A stretch of 64,000 nucleotides of DNA. It comes from an uncultured Clostridium sp. GTDB lineage: Bacteria > Bacillota > Clostridia > TANB77 > CAG-508. Where the stretch lies: positions 12,903 to 76,902 of the forward strand of contig CAOJRU010000005.1 of NCBI GenBank assembly GCA_948442365.1. Direction: 5' to 3'. Below, in pieces: positions 1 through 8,329 of the stretch. The translations under genes were made by a program, and so were the position numbers. Below the pieces are notes generated by a model. It saw nothing but the letters and a program-made list of their open reading frames with translations, did no database searches and was not told the origin of the DNA. The first letter of the stretch is position 1; each line of letters begins with the position of its first letter.

Positions 1-1
1 A

Positions 2-715
2 ATGAAGAGTCAAAAAGATAAATTGACAGTTCAAATAAAAGGAAATGGATTAATTGAAATGATGGTAGTAACAGCAAATAATTTTCCAAAAGTAAAAGGA
101 TATGTAGCTAATCCACAAGTTGACATTCCACTGAATGAATTTGGAAAATTAGATGTGGGTAGAGCCGTTGGATTTGAGGGATACATTAATGTAATTAAAG
201 ATATTGGATTAAAAGATCCCTATATAGGAATTTCTCCTTTGACTTCAGGGGAAATAGCAGATGATTTTGCTAATTATTTTGTTAATTCAGAACAAAGGAA
301 TTCAGCAGTGGCATTAGGGGTATTAGTAGATAAAAATGGAGTAAAAGCAGCAGGTGGATATTTAATTAATCCAATGCCAGATGCGACAGAGGAAGAAATA
401 GCAAAAGTAGAACAAGCCATATTTAAAGCTGGATCTATATCCAAAATGTTAGATAAACAATTAACTTTAAAAGAAATTGCCCAAAAAATAACAGGAGATG
501 AAAACATAGAAATTATAAAGGAAGATATCACACCAATTTATCAATGTGATTGCTCAAAAGAGCATATGTCAGAAGGACTAGCAACTATAGGTAAAGAGGA
601 ACTAAAAGATATAATAGAAACAGATGGAAAAGCAGAAATAGTATGTCATTTTTGTAATAAAAAATATGAATTTAGTAAAAAAGATTTAGAAGAAATAATA
701 AGTACAATTAACTAA
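2..715 (+). CDS. hslO: Hsp33 redox-regulated chaperone, 5' end truncated by window edge
   Basis: C-terminal zinc-centre cysteine pairs (YQCDCSKEH ... IVCHFCNKKYEF) typical of Hsp33. The ORF is open to the window start. Confidence 0.85.
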   Translation: MKSQKDKLTVQIKGNGLIEMMVVTANNFPKVKGYVANPQVDIPLNEFGKLDVGRAVGFEGYINVIKDIGLKDPYIGISPLTSGEIADDFANYFVNSEQRNSAVALGVLVDKNGVKAAGGYLINPMPDATEEEIAKVEQAIFKAGSISKMLDKQLTLKEIAQKITGDENIEIIKEDITPIYQCDCSKEHMSEGLATIGKEELKDIIETDGKAEIVCHFCNKKYEFSKKDLEEIISTIN

Positions 716-732
716 AGGAAGAAGGAATTTGA

Positions 733-1974
733 ATGGCAAATAGTATAGAATTTGGAATAGGTTTTCTAGCTGGTAGACCTAATGTATGCAAAATCATTAA
801 TAATTACTATAAAGATATTATTGAGCAGGGAAAAAAGTTAGGGAAAGATATTAATTTTACAATATTTATATTATATGATTTAGGATACCAGCAAGCAGAA
901 AGAACGGAGTTTTATGGAATTAAATCAGAAGTATATAAAAATATTAAAATAAAATACATAACGCCAGAAGATATTGAAGAAGAAAAGAAAATATTAGTAT
1001 CGAGACATCAAATCAGCAAACAAGATGTGAATTTAATTTTAGGACATGGATATGCTAGAGCAAGAAATTCAATTATGTACTTTGCATTAAAAAGAAAAAT
1101 AGATTATCTGATGTTTTGGGATGATGATGAATACCCAGTTGCTAACATAAAAAATGAAGATAACACTATTGAATGGATAAAACAAGATAATATATATCAA
1201 CACTTAAAATATATTGAAAAAGCGGATGTAACAATGGGGTATCGATGTGGAAATATGGCACCTATACCATATGTAGAATATGATAAAGAATTTAAAGAAG
1301 AAGACTTTAAAAATTATATTGATGGTGTAAGTAATGATGCTATATCTTGGAAAAAAATTAAAGAAAAGAGAAATGAAGATAGTGGTATTACTTATGCAGA
1401 AAAAGAAATTGTAAAATATGGAAAAGGAATAAGATTAGAAAATGTAGGAAATCAAAATTGTATATTTGCTTCAGGATTATGTTTAAATATGAGGCATTTA
1501 GATAAAATACCAGCATTTTATAATCCGCCATTTGCACGTGGAGAAGATACTTTTTTTTCAGCTATGCTAAAAGAAGCAAAAATAATGCAAATCCCAACTT
1601 ATCATTTTCATGATGGATTTTTAAAATATGTAAGTATTTTAAAAGAGAATTATCCTAAGAAATTAAAGAAAATAGCACTAGATGACGGTTGCATTGAACA
1701 AAGATTTTTGAAGGCTTCTATTGGATGGATAAAATATAAGCCATTATTAGTTTATATAAATGATAGAAAAAATTATAGGAAAATTATAGAAGAATCAAGG
1801 AAAAACTTAGAAAAAAGTATACCAAAGATGAGTGAAATGTTTAAAACTTGTGATTTTACAGGACTATTAAATGAACTTGATAAATATGATGCAGATGTAA
1901 AGAAGCATTATAAAGAGTATGTTAGAACCAATGAAGTTTGGGATGGATTTAAAAATAGAATTAGAACATTATAA
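733..1974 (+). CDS. hypothetical protein, possibly GT-A-type glycosyltransferase
   Basis: 413-aa ORF starting 18 nt after hslO, preceded by GGAAGAAGGAA. It has a DxD-like LMFWDDDEYP motif and a later RGEDTFF motif. I recognise no specific family. Confidence 0.6.
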   Translation: MANSIEFGIGFLAGRPNVCKIINNYYKDIIEQGKKLGKDINFTIFILYDLGYQQAERTEFYGIKSEVYKNIKIKYITPEDIEEEKKILVSRHQISKQDVNLILGHGYARARNSIMYFALKRKIDYLMFWDDDEYPVANIKNEDNTIEWIKQDNIYQHLKYIEKADVTMGYRCGNMAPIPYVEYDKEFKEEDFKNYIDGVSNDAISWKKIKEKRNEDSGITYAEKEIVKYGKGIRLENVGNQNCIFASGLCLNMRHLDKIPAFYNPPFARGEDTFFSAMLKEAKIMQIPTYHFHDGFLKYVSILKENYPKKLKKIALDDGCIEQRFLKASIGWIKYKPLLVYINDRKNYRKIIEESRKNLEKSIPKMSEMFKTCDFTGLLNELDKYDADVKKHYKEYVRTNEVWDGFKNRIRTL

Positions 1975-2019
1975 TAAAACTTTTTGTTCAACTTAATGCT
2001 TAGAATAAAGGAGCAAATT

Positions 2020-2466
2020 ATGGAATGGGATATCATAGAATATAAAAAAGAATATAGAGAAAAAGTGATAAGTTTTTGGATAGAAATATGTATTGACGAG
2101 TTTGGATTCAAAGAATGGTATACAGATATTAAAGAAATAAAAAACGAGGAATATAAAAATTATAATGGGAATTTTTGGATTGCTATTAATAATAAAAATG
2201 AGGTAATAGGAACCATTGCACTAAAAAATTTAGGAGATAGGAATGCATATTTAAAAAGTCTATATGTAAAAAAAGAATATAGGAAAAATGGTATTGCTAA
2301 AGAGTTATTTAATAAAGTTATGGAATTTGCAATACACAATAATTATAAAAAAATAGGATTAGATACGTATAAAGTTTTTGAACATGCCATAAAATTTTAT
2401 GAAAAAAATAAATTTGTAATAAAACAACAAATAGGAGAGCAATATATAATGGAAAGAGATTTATAG
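2020..2466 (+). CDS. GNAT family N-acetyltransferase
   Basis: GNAT core YVKKEYRKNGIAKELFNKVMEFA ... FYEKNKF. ATG at 2020 lies 6 nt after AAGGAG, so the upstream TTG at 1984 in the ORF track is unlikely. Confidence 0.8.
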   Translation: MEWDIIEYKKEYREKVISFWIEICIDEFGFKEWYTDIKEIKNEEYKNYNGNFWIAINNKNEVIGTIALKNLGDRNAYLKSLYVKKEYRKNGIAKELFNKVMEFAIHNNYKKIGLDTYKVFEHAIKFYEKNKFVIKQQIGEQYIMERDL

Positions 2467-2517
2467 AAATACATAAAATTTAGTTATTAACAATAAAAAA
2501 GTAAAAGGAGTATTAAA

Positions 2518-3441
2518 ATGGAAAAAGAAGTATTTGTATTTGGACACAGAAACCCAGACACAGACTCAATTTGTTCTAGTATTGTAATGGAAGATTTTGA
2601 AAAAAAGATGGGAAATCAAAATGCTAAAGCAGTAAGAATTGGAAACATTAATAAGGAGACGAGATATGTATTAGATTATCTAAAAATCAAGGATATTCCG
2701 TATATAGAAGATGTAGAGGATAATCAAGAAGTAATATTAGTCGATCATAATGAAGCAACTCAATGTGTAAGTAATATTGAAAATGCCAAAATTTTAAAGG
2801 TAATTGATCATCATACTATGAATTTTAAAGCTCCTTATCAATTATATTATAGAACTGAACCAGTAGGATGTACAGCAACAGTTTTATATAAGTTGTATCA
2901 AGAAAATAACATAAAAATGGAAAGAAATATTGCCATATTATGCCTTAGTTGTATTATATCTGATACGCTATTATTAAAATCACCAACCACAACAGAACAT
3001 GACAAAAAAGTATTAGAAGAATTAGCAAAAATAGCTGAAATTGATGTGAACAAATATGGATTAGAAATGTTAAAAGCGGGAACAGATTTAGGAGATTTTT
3101 CAGCAAAGGAATTAATTAATATAGATGCCAAAGTATTCGAAAAAGAAGGAACTAAATTTGAAATAGCACAAGTAAATACCGTAAGCATCGAAGATGTATT
3201 AAAAAGAGAAGAAGAATTAAAAGCGGTCATCCATAAAACCATTGAAGAAAAAGGGCTAAGTTTATTTGTATTGGCCATTACCGATATTTTTAATAGCAAT
3301 TCAGAAATAATAGCATTAGGAGAGAAAGCAGGCGTGATAAAACTAGCTTTTGGAAAAGAATTAGTGAAGGATAGAGCTTTTTTAGAAGGGGTAACTTCTA
3401 GGAAAAAACAATTATTACCTGATATAGACAAAAATATTTAA
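2518..3441 (+). CDS. ppaC: manganese-dependent inorganic pyrophosphatase (family II, DHH)
   Basis: FGHRNPDTDSICSS and VIDHHT DHH motifs, 307 aa, AAGGAG RBS. Confidence 0.92.
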   Translation: MEKEVFVFGHRNPDTDSICSSIVMEDFEKKMGNQNAKAVRIGNINKETRYVLDYLKIKDIPYIEDVEDNQEVILVDHNEATQCVSNIENAKILKVIDHHTMNFKAPYQLYYRTEPVGCTATVLYKLYQENNIKMERNIAILCLSCIISDTLLLKSPTTTEHDKKVLEELAKIAEIDVNKYGLEMLKAGTDLGDFSAKELINIDAKVFEKEGTKFEIAQVNTVSIEDVLKREEELKAVIHKTIEEKGLSLFVLAITDIFNSNSEIIALGEKAGVIKLAFGKELVKDRAFLEGVTSRKKQLLPDIDKNI

Positions 3442-3443
3442 TT

Positions 3444-3494
3444 ATGATTTTTGAAACAGAGGAAAAATAATCTTTGTTTCAGAAATCATTTTTT
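3444..3494 (+). terminator. intrinsic terminator after ppaC
   Basis: Imperfect ~18-bp inverted repeat ATGATTTTTGAAACAGAG / CTTTGTTTCAGAAATCAT followed by a T run. Confidence 0.6.
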
Positions 3495-3632
3495 AAATTA
3501 ATTTTTATTTGCCGCTGCTTACCAAAGGGCTTTTTATAATTTAAAGGCTTTTTTGGTGAACAACAAACGAAACTTAAATTTTTTTAAAAGTATTGAATAA
3601 TTTAGTAATTAAATTTATAATAAATTCGTAAA

Positions 3633-5344
3633 ATGAATAAAAGGGAATTCCAGTTCGAAGATAACAATTTTTCAAACGGTATGATTAAGAAGGGAATGAA
3701 AAATAGAATGTCAAAAGAAGAGATAAGTAGAAGGAATCCTAAAAAAGAGACCTTCATGCAAGGAGTTATCACTCTGATTTTTTCACAAGTATTAATCAAA
3801 TTATTAGGTTTAGTATACACGTTATATTTAACAAATAGAGAGGGATTTGGAGATAAAGGAAATGGCATTGTAGCAGCTGGTTATCAAATTTATGCCATGT
3901 TGCTTACCATATCATCCATAGGGGTACCAAATGCTATTTCAAAATTAGTCTCTGAAAGAATTGCTGTACGGAGACCATAAAGGTGGTTATAGAATCTTTA
4001 AAATTGCTTTTGCTACATTTGCTATGATTGGTCTAGTAGGAAGCTTATTATTGTTTTTTGGGGCGAATAGGATAGCTAATTTATGGTTACAAATACCAGA
4101 AGCGGAAATGACATTAGTTGCTTTATCACCAGCAATCTTTTTTGTGGCCATTTCGTCTGTAATGAGAGGCTATTTTAACGCCAGACAAAATATTAAAGCA
4201 ACGGCGAGGTCACAAAGTTTAGAACAATTATTTAAAACCACACTTACTATCATATTAGTAGAAATCATTGCTATTATTTCAAGAGCATCTACGGAATGGA
4301 TGGCAGGAGGAGCAACCTTAGCTACAACTCTGGCAACTTTTGCAGGATTTGGTTACTTGTATTTATACTATAGAACGAGAAGTAGAGAAATGGCAACAGA
4401 AATAAAAGCAACAATAAATTATAAATATGAAAGAGTTGTAACCATTATAAAAAGAATATTGCTCGTTTCGATTCCAATTGCTTTAACTGCTATTATGTCA
4501 TCCCTTAATAAAAATATTGATTCATTCACCGTAGTAAGAAGCTTAAAAGAATTTATGTCAGAAGATATGGCAATTTCACAGTATGGAATATTAGGGGGAA
4601 AAGTAGATATGCTAACCAGTTTACCATTGTCTATTAATGTAGCATTTGCTACAGCTTTAGTACCTGCCATATCAGCAGCAAAAGCGAAAAAAGATAAAAA
4701 AACGATTACACAAAAGACCTCATTTTCCTTATTAACATCTATGTTGATAGGACTTCCTTGTACAGTTGGAATGTGCTTATTTGCAGGACCAATTCTTAAT
4801 CTATTATTTCCCAATGCTAGTTCAGGAGCGGTTATATTGCAAATTAGTTCTTTGACGATTATTTTTACCATATTAGATCAGACCATTAATGGTGCACTAC
4901 AAGGCTATGGAAAACTAATGATACCCGCTGTATCGTTAGGGTGTCGGTGTATTGGTAAAACTCATTTTTAATTTGGTTTTAGTGCCAATTCCAGAAATAG
5001 GAGTAAATGGAGCAGCTTGGGGATCCGTTGCCTGTCATTTAGTAGCTTTTACAATAGCGATAACATCATTAAGAAAATCAATAAAATTAGATTTAACATT
5101 TTCAAAATTTGTGATAAAACCAGTCATAGCAGTAGTAATTATGGGAATTTGTTCCTATTTTAGCTATTTAACACTTTCTGGAATAATGGCGGAAAAATTG
5201 GCAACAATAATAGCAATTGCTATAGCTGTAATCATTTATGCTCTAGCAATTGTCGCCTTAAAAGTATTTTCAAAAGAAGAAATACAAACCATGCCAGGAG
5301 GTAAAAAAATCTGTAAAGTATTGGAAAAACTAAAAATCTATTAA
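3633..5344 (+). CDS. spoVB: SpoVB/MurJ-family polysaccharide/lipid II flippase. Reading frame changes +1 twice, each time at an in-frame CGG (3969 and 4945). A standard pipeline would call it a frameshifted pseudogene.
   Basis: Three abutting ORFs (3633-3980, 3961-4971, 4952-5344) together give a ~560-aa multi-TM MOP-flippase-like protein (GVITLIFSQVLIKLLGLVYTLYLTN..., GVPNAISKLVSERIA...). Junctions read GTA c GGA GAC and TGT c GGT GTA. The true start codon is uncertain. Confidence 0.75.
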
Positions 5345-5468
5345 AAAAAAGTAAAAAAAAGAAGGATTTTCAGTATTTTTGGCGAATTGTTTTAAGTGAA
5401 GTACATTATTGCGTTTGTTCATGCAATAAAGTACATAAACTATTTAAATCTTATAGGAGGTAATTTAA

Positions 5469-5747
5469 ATGAACAAAGCTGAATTAATCGCAGCAATGGC
5501 TGCAAAAACAGGAGCTACTAAAAAAGCAGCTGAAGAATCAGTAAACGCTTTCGTAGAAGTAGTAACAGAAGCATTAAAAAAAGGAGACAAAGTTCAATTA
5601 GTTGGATTTGGATCTTTTGAAGTAAGAAAAAGAGCAGCTAGAAAAGGTAGAAATCCACAAACTAAGGAAGAAATCAAAATACCTGCATCAAAAGCACCAG
5701 TATTTAAAGCTGGTAAAGCATTAAAAGATTTAGTAAACAAAAAATAA
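5469..5747 (+). CDS. hup: HU-type DNA-binding protein
   Basis: [11 protein letters not shown]...[46 protein letters not shown] is a canonical HU sequence. Preceded by an AGGAGG RBS. Confidence 0.95.
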   Translation: MNKAELIAAMAAKTGATKKAAEESVNAFVEVVTEALKKGDKVQLVGFGSFEVRKRAARKGRNPQTKEEIKIPASKAPVFKAGKALKDLVNKK

Positions 5748-5784
5748 GATATTTGTATAAAACATAAATATATGAATTCATAGA

Positions 5785-5819
5785 TTGCCAAGAGGTCTGA
5801 ACCTTTTGGTAATTTTTTT
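5785..5819 (+). terminator. intrinsic terminator after hup, built from a degenerate copy of the TTGCCA...TGGCAA repeat family
   Basis: TTGCCAAGAGG-tctgaa-CCTTTTGGTAA forms an 11-bp stem (two G-U pairs) followed by TTTTTTT. Confidence 0.65.
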
Positions 5820-5870
5820 ATTAGTAAATCTTAGAATTGCTTTTTTTTTTGAAAAATTTTTCGACAAAAC

Positions 5871-5899
5871 TTTACAGTATATTCCAATAATGGTATAAT
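5871..5899 (+). promoter_or_regulatory. sigma-A-type promoter with extended -10 for the ibrA-like operon
   Basis: TTTACA, 17-nt spacer, then TGgTATAAT (5891-5899). It lies ~25 nt upstream of the ATG at 5924. Confidence 0.55.
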
Positions 5900-5923
5900 T
5901 TGGAACAGAAAAGAGGAAAATGG

Positions 5924-7216
5924 ATGGCCAAGAAATATTTAGAGAAAAATGTATTAGATGCCGCAATAGAAAGATTAGAAATTATGTTCCAAAATTTTGA
6001 CAATATTTATTTTAGTGTTAGTGGGGGAAAAGACAGTTCTGTCATGGTACAATTAGCTAACAGAGTAGCTAAAAAAATGAATAAAAAATTTGATGTATTA
6101 TTTATTGATTTAGAGGCTCAATATCGTTGTACCATCGAACATATAGAAGAATTAAAACAATTATCACAAATTCGAGACTTTTATCATATTACCCTACCAA
6201 TAGCCTTACGAAATGCTGTATCCGTGTTACAGCCAAAATGGATTTGTTGGGAAGAAGAAAGTAAGCATTTATGGGTAAGAAGTATGCCAGAAGATAGTAT
6301 TAATAGTAACAATTGTCCTTTTACCTGGTTTAAAAAAGGCGAAGAATTTGAAGAATTTATTGTTCAATTTGCCAGTTGGTATCAACAAAAATATCAAGGA
6401 AAAGTAGCTTGTGGGATAGGAATTAGGACAGATGAAAGTTTAAATAGATTTCGAACGATTGCATTTCAAGATAAAAAAATTACTTTTAAAAAATACCATT
6501 GGACAACCAAATTGAAAGTGAATGAAAAGCACATCGAAGTGTATAATTTTTATCCTCTTTATGATTGGGCAACAGAAGATATATGGGGTGCAGTAAGTCA
6601 ACTAGATTTAAAATTTAATTATATTTATGAATTGATGTATAAAAATGGGGTAAGTATATATGAACAGAGACTTTGCCAACCATATGGAGACGACCAAAGA
6701 AATGGATTAGATCAATTTAAGGCATTAGAATATGATACTTGGAGTAAAGTCCTAAATCGAGTCAATGGCGTTAATTTTGGAAACATTTATTGTAAAACAA
6801 CAGCACTGGGAAACATCAAATCTTGTAAACCAGAATTTATGACTTGGCAAGAATACACAGTATTTTTGTTAGAAAGTATAGGAATTTATAATCGAGATCT
6901 GATGTTACACTATTATCGAAAAATAAAAAAGTTTATGATATGGTATAAGAATAAATATAGTGTAGAATTAAAAGACATTCCAGACACAGCAGAATGTAAA
7001 TTAGAAAATCAAAAAAAAGCAATTTCCTGGAGAAGAATTGCAAGAGCAATCGAAAAAAATGATTTTTATTTAAGAAGATTGTCTTTTGGGCAGACCAAAA
7101 ATGATGATAGAGAATTAATGGAATTAATCCATAAATGGGATAATCTGTTAAATAAAAAAACAAAAACAGATGATAAAACATTACAAAAAATAATACAAGA
7201 ACAAAAAAGTAGTTAA
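5924..7216 (+). CDS. PAPS-reductase/PP-loop family protein, IbrA-like (DUF3440-type C-terminus)
   Basis: PP-loop motif FSVSGGKDSSVM near the N-terminus, ~430 aa. ATG at 5924 lies 6 nt after AGAGGA. A ParB-like gene follows two genes downstream, matching the ibrA/ibrB arrangement. Confidence 0.75.
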   Translation: MAKKYLEKNVLDAAIERLEIMFQNFDNIYFSVSGGKDSSVMVQLANRVAKKMNKKFDVLFIDLEAQYRCTIEHIEELKQLSQIRDFYHITLPIALRNAVSVLQPKWICWEEESKHLWVRSMPEDSINSNNCPFTWFKKGEEFEEFIVQFASWYQQKYQGKVACGIGIRTDESLNRFRTIAFQDKKITFKKYHWTTKLKVNEKHIEVYNFYPLYDWATEDIWGAVSQLDLKFNYIYELMYKNGVSIYEQRLCQPYGDDQRNGLDQFKALEYDTWSKVLNRVNGVNFGNIYCKTTALGNIKSCKPEFMTWQEYTVFLLESIGIYNRDLMLHYYRKIKKFMIWYKNKYSVELKDIPDTAECKLENQKKAISWRRIARAIEKNDFYLRRLSFGQTKNDDRELMELIHKWDNLLNKKTKTDDKTLQKIIQEQKSS

Positions 7217-7229
7217 AGGAGTAGAAGTT

Positions 7230-7610
7230 ATGGTTATAAAAATGATGAATAAAGATGAAAAATTTTATCAATATATGGGAAAATTTTTTGGATCAAGATT
7301 AATAGAGAAACAAACGAATGATAGGATTTATGATGATGATAGCAAAGAATGGTATATTTATATAGAAGATGAAAAAGTAATGGCTTTTGTATCCATCAAT
7401 AGAAATATCATAAAAAATGTATATACGACAAAAGAAAAGTATTTAGAAGAGATATTACAGGAAATTAGAAAAGAAAATGAAATAACCTATAGTATTGTAA
7501 CCAATTATTATACAGAAGTATATGAAAAATGTGGATTCAAAGTTAATAAAAATCAAGATTATAAAAATTTTGTAACAATTTACACCGAAAAAGAAGTAGC
7601 ACTTTTATAA
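7230..7610 (+). CDS. small hypothetical protein, possibly a minimal GNAT-like fold
   Basis: 126-aa ORF with AAGGAG 8 nt upstream, tightly packed between the IbrA-like and ParB-like genes. The C-terminal YEKCGFKV resembles a GNAT beta-strand motif, which is weak evidence. Confidence 0.55.
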   Translation: MVIKMMNKDEKFYQYMGKFFGSRLIEKQTNDRIYDDDSKEWYIYIEDEKVMAFVSINRNIIKNVYTTKEKYLEEILQEIRKENEITYSIVTNYYTEVYEKCGFKVNKNQDYKNFVTIYTEKEVALL

Positions 7611-7636
7611 AACCAGAACATGAAAGGACAGGTAAA

Positions 7637-8158
7637 ATGAGCAAAATAGAATTTCCCGTATTAAATGTAAAAATGGTAGACATTGCCAAAGTAATTGCCA
7701 ACGACTACAACCCCAATAAAGTAGCTCCACCAGAGATGCAATTATTAAAACATTCTATTGAAGAAGATGGCTATACACAACCAATTGTAACCTATTATGA
7801 TAAACAAAATGATAGGTATATTGTAGTAGATGGATTTCACCGTTATCGTTGTGCGAAAGAATATTTTAAGTTAAAGAAAATTCCCATAGTAACCATTGAT
7901 AAAGATTTAGAAAATCGTATGGCAAGTACGATTAGGCATAATCGAGCAAGAGGAACACATCAAATCATAGATATGTCACATATTGTTATAACACTAACTC
8001 AGAATGGATGGTCGGAAAAGCAAATTTCAAAGCATTTAGGAATGGAATTAGATGAGATTATTCGATTAAAACAGATTACAGGTTTAAAAGAATCATTTGC
8101 AAAACATGAATTTAGTAAATCTTGGGAAGAATTTGAAGAAAACCGAAAAAAGAAATAA
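7637..8158 (+). CDS. ParB/Srx N-terminal-domain protein, IbrB-like
   Basis: ParB-like motifs VVDGFHRYRC and TIRHNRARGTH, 173 aa. Confidence 0.75.
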   Translation: MSKIEFPVLNVKMVDIAKVIANDYNPNKVAPPEMQLLKHSIEEDGYTQPIVTYYDKQNDRYIVVDGFHRYRCAKEYFKLKKIPIVTIDKDLENRMASTIRHNRARGTHQIIDMSHIVITLTQNGWSEKQISKHLGMELDEIIRLKQITGLKESFAKHEFSKSWEEFEENRKKK

Positions 8159-8159
8159 T

Positions 8160-8301
8160 GTGCCACTGGGGACGGACCTTTTTGGCAATGTTTTAAATTA
8201 ACAGAATAAAATATAAAAAACTTTTCTATTTTTTACTATTTTATTAATAACAGAAACATTGCCAAAAAGGTCCGTCCCCAGTGGCACGTCCCCAGTGGCA
8301 C
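8160..8301. repeat. MITE-like palindromic element: two perfect 31-bp M1 arms around a 66-bp AT-rich core
   Basis: GTGCCACTGGGGACGGACCTTTTTGGCAATG (8160-8190) and its exact reverse complement (8257-8287), followed by a partial direct duplication GTCCCCAGTGGCAC (8288-8301). It sits between the convergent ibrB-like and aspS genes. Confidence 0.85.
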
Positions 8302-8329
8302 AATGTGTCGGAAGAAAAGTATCTCCAAT

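Noticed and set aside
1984-2019. Upstream TTG start for the GNAT gene, and similar long starts at 5900, 10078, 14449, 22409, 25817, 33418, 42404, 47787, 52677 and 54228
   Set aside because: In each case an internal ATG with a well-spaced Shine-Dalgarno sequence gives a protein that begins where homologues begin. The longer versions run through promoters, repeats or the preceding gene.
8160-8301. 6S RNA or other structured ncRNA downstream of aspS (6S-1 lies near aspS in Bacillus)
   Set aside because: The long hairpin is formed by two perfect copies of the dispersed M1 repeat. It lacks the imperfect stems and central bubble of 6S RNA, so it is a repeat element.
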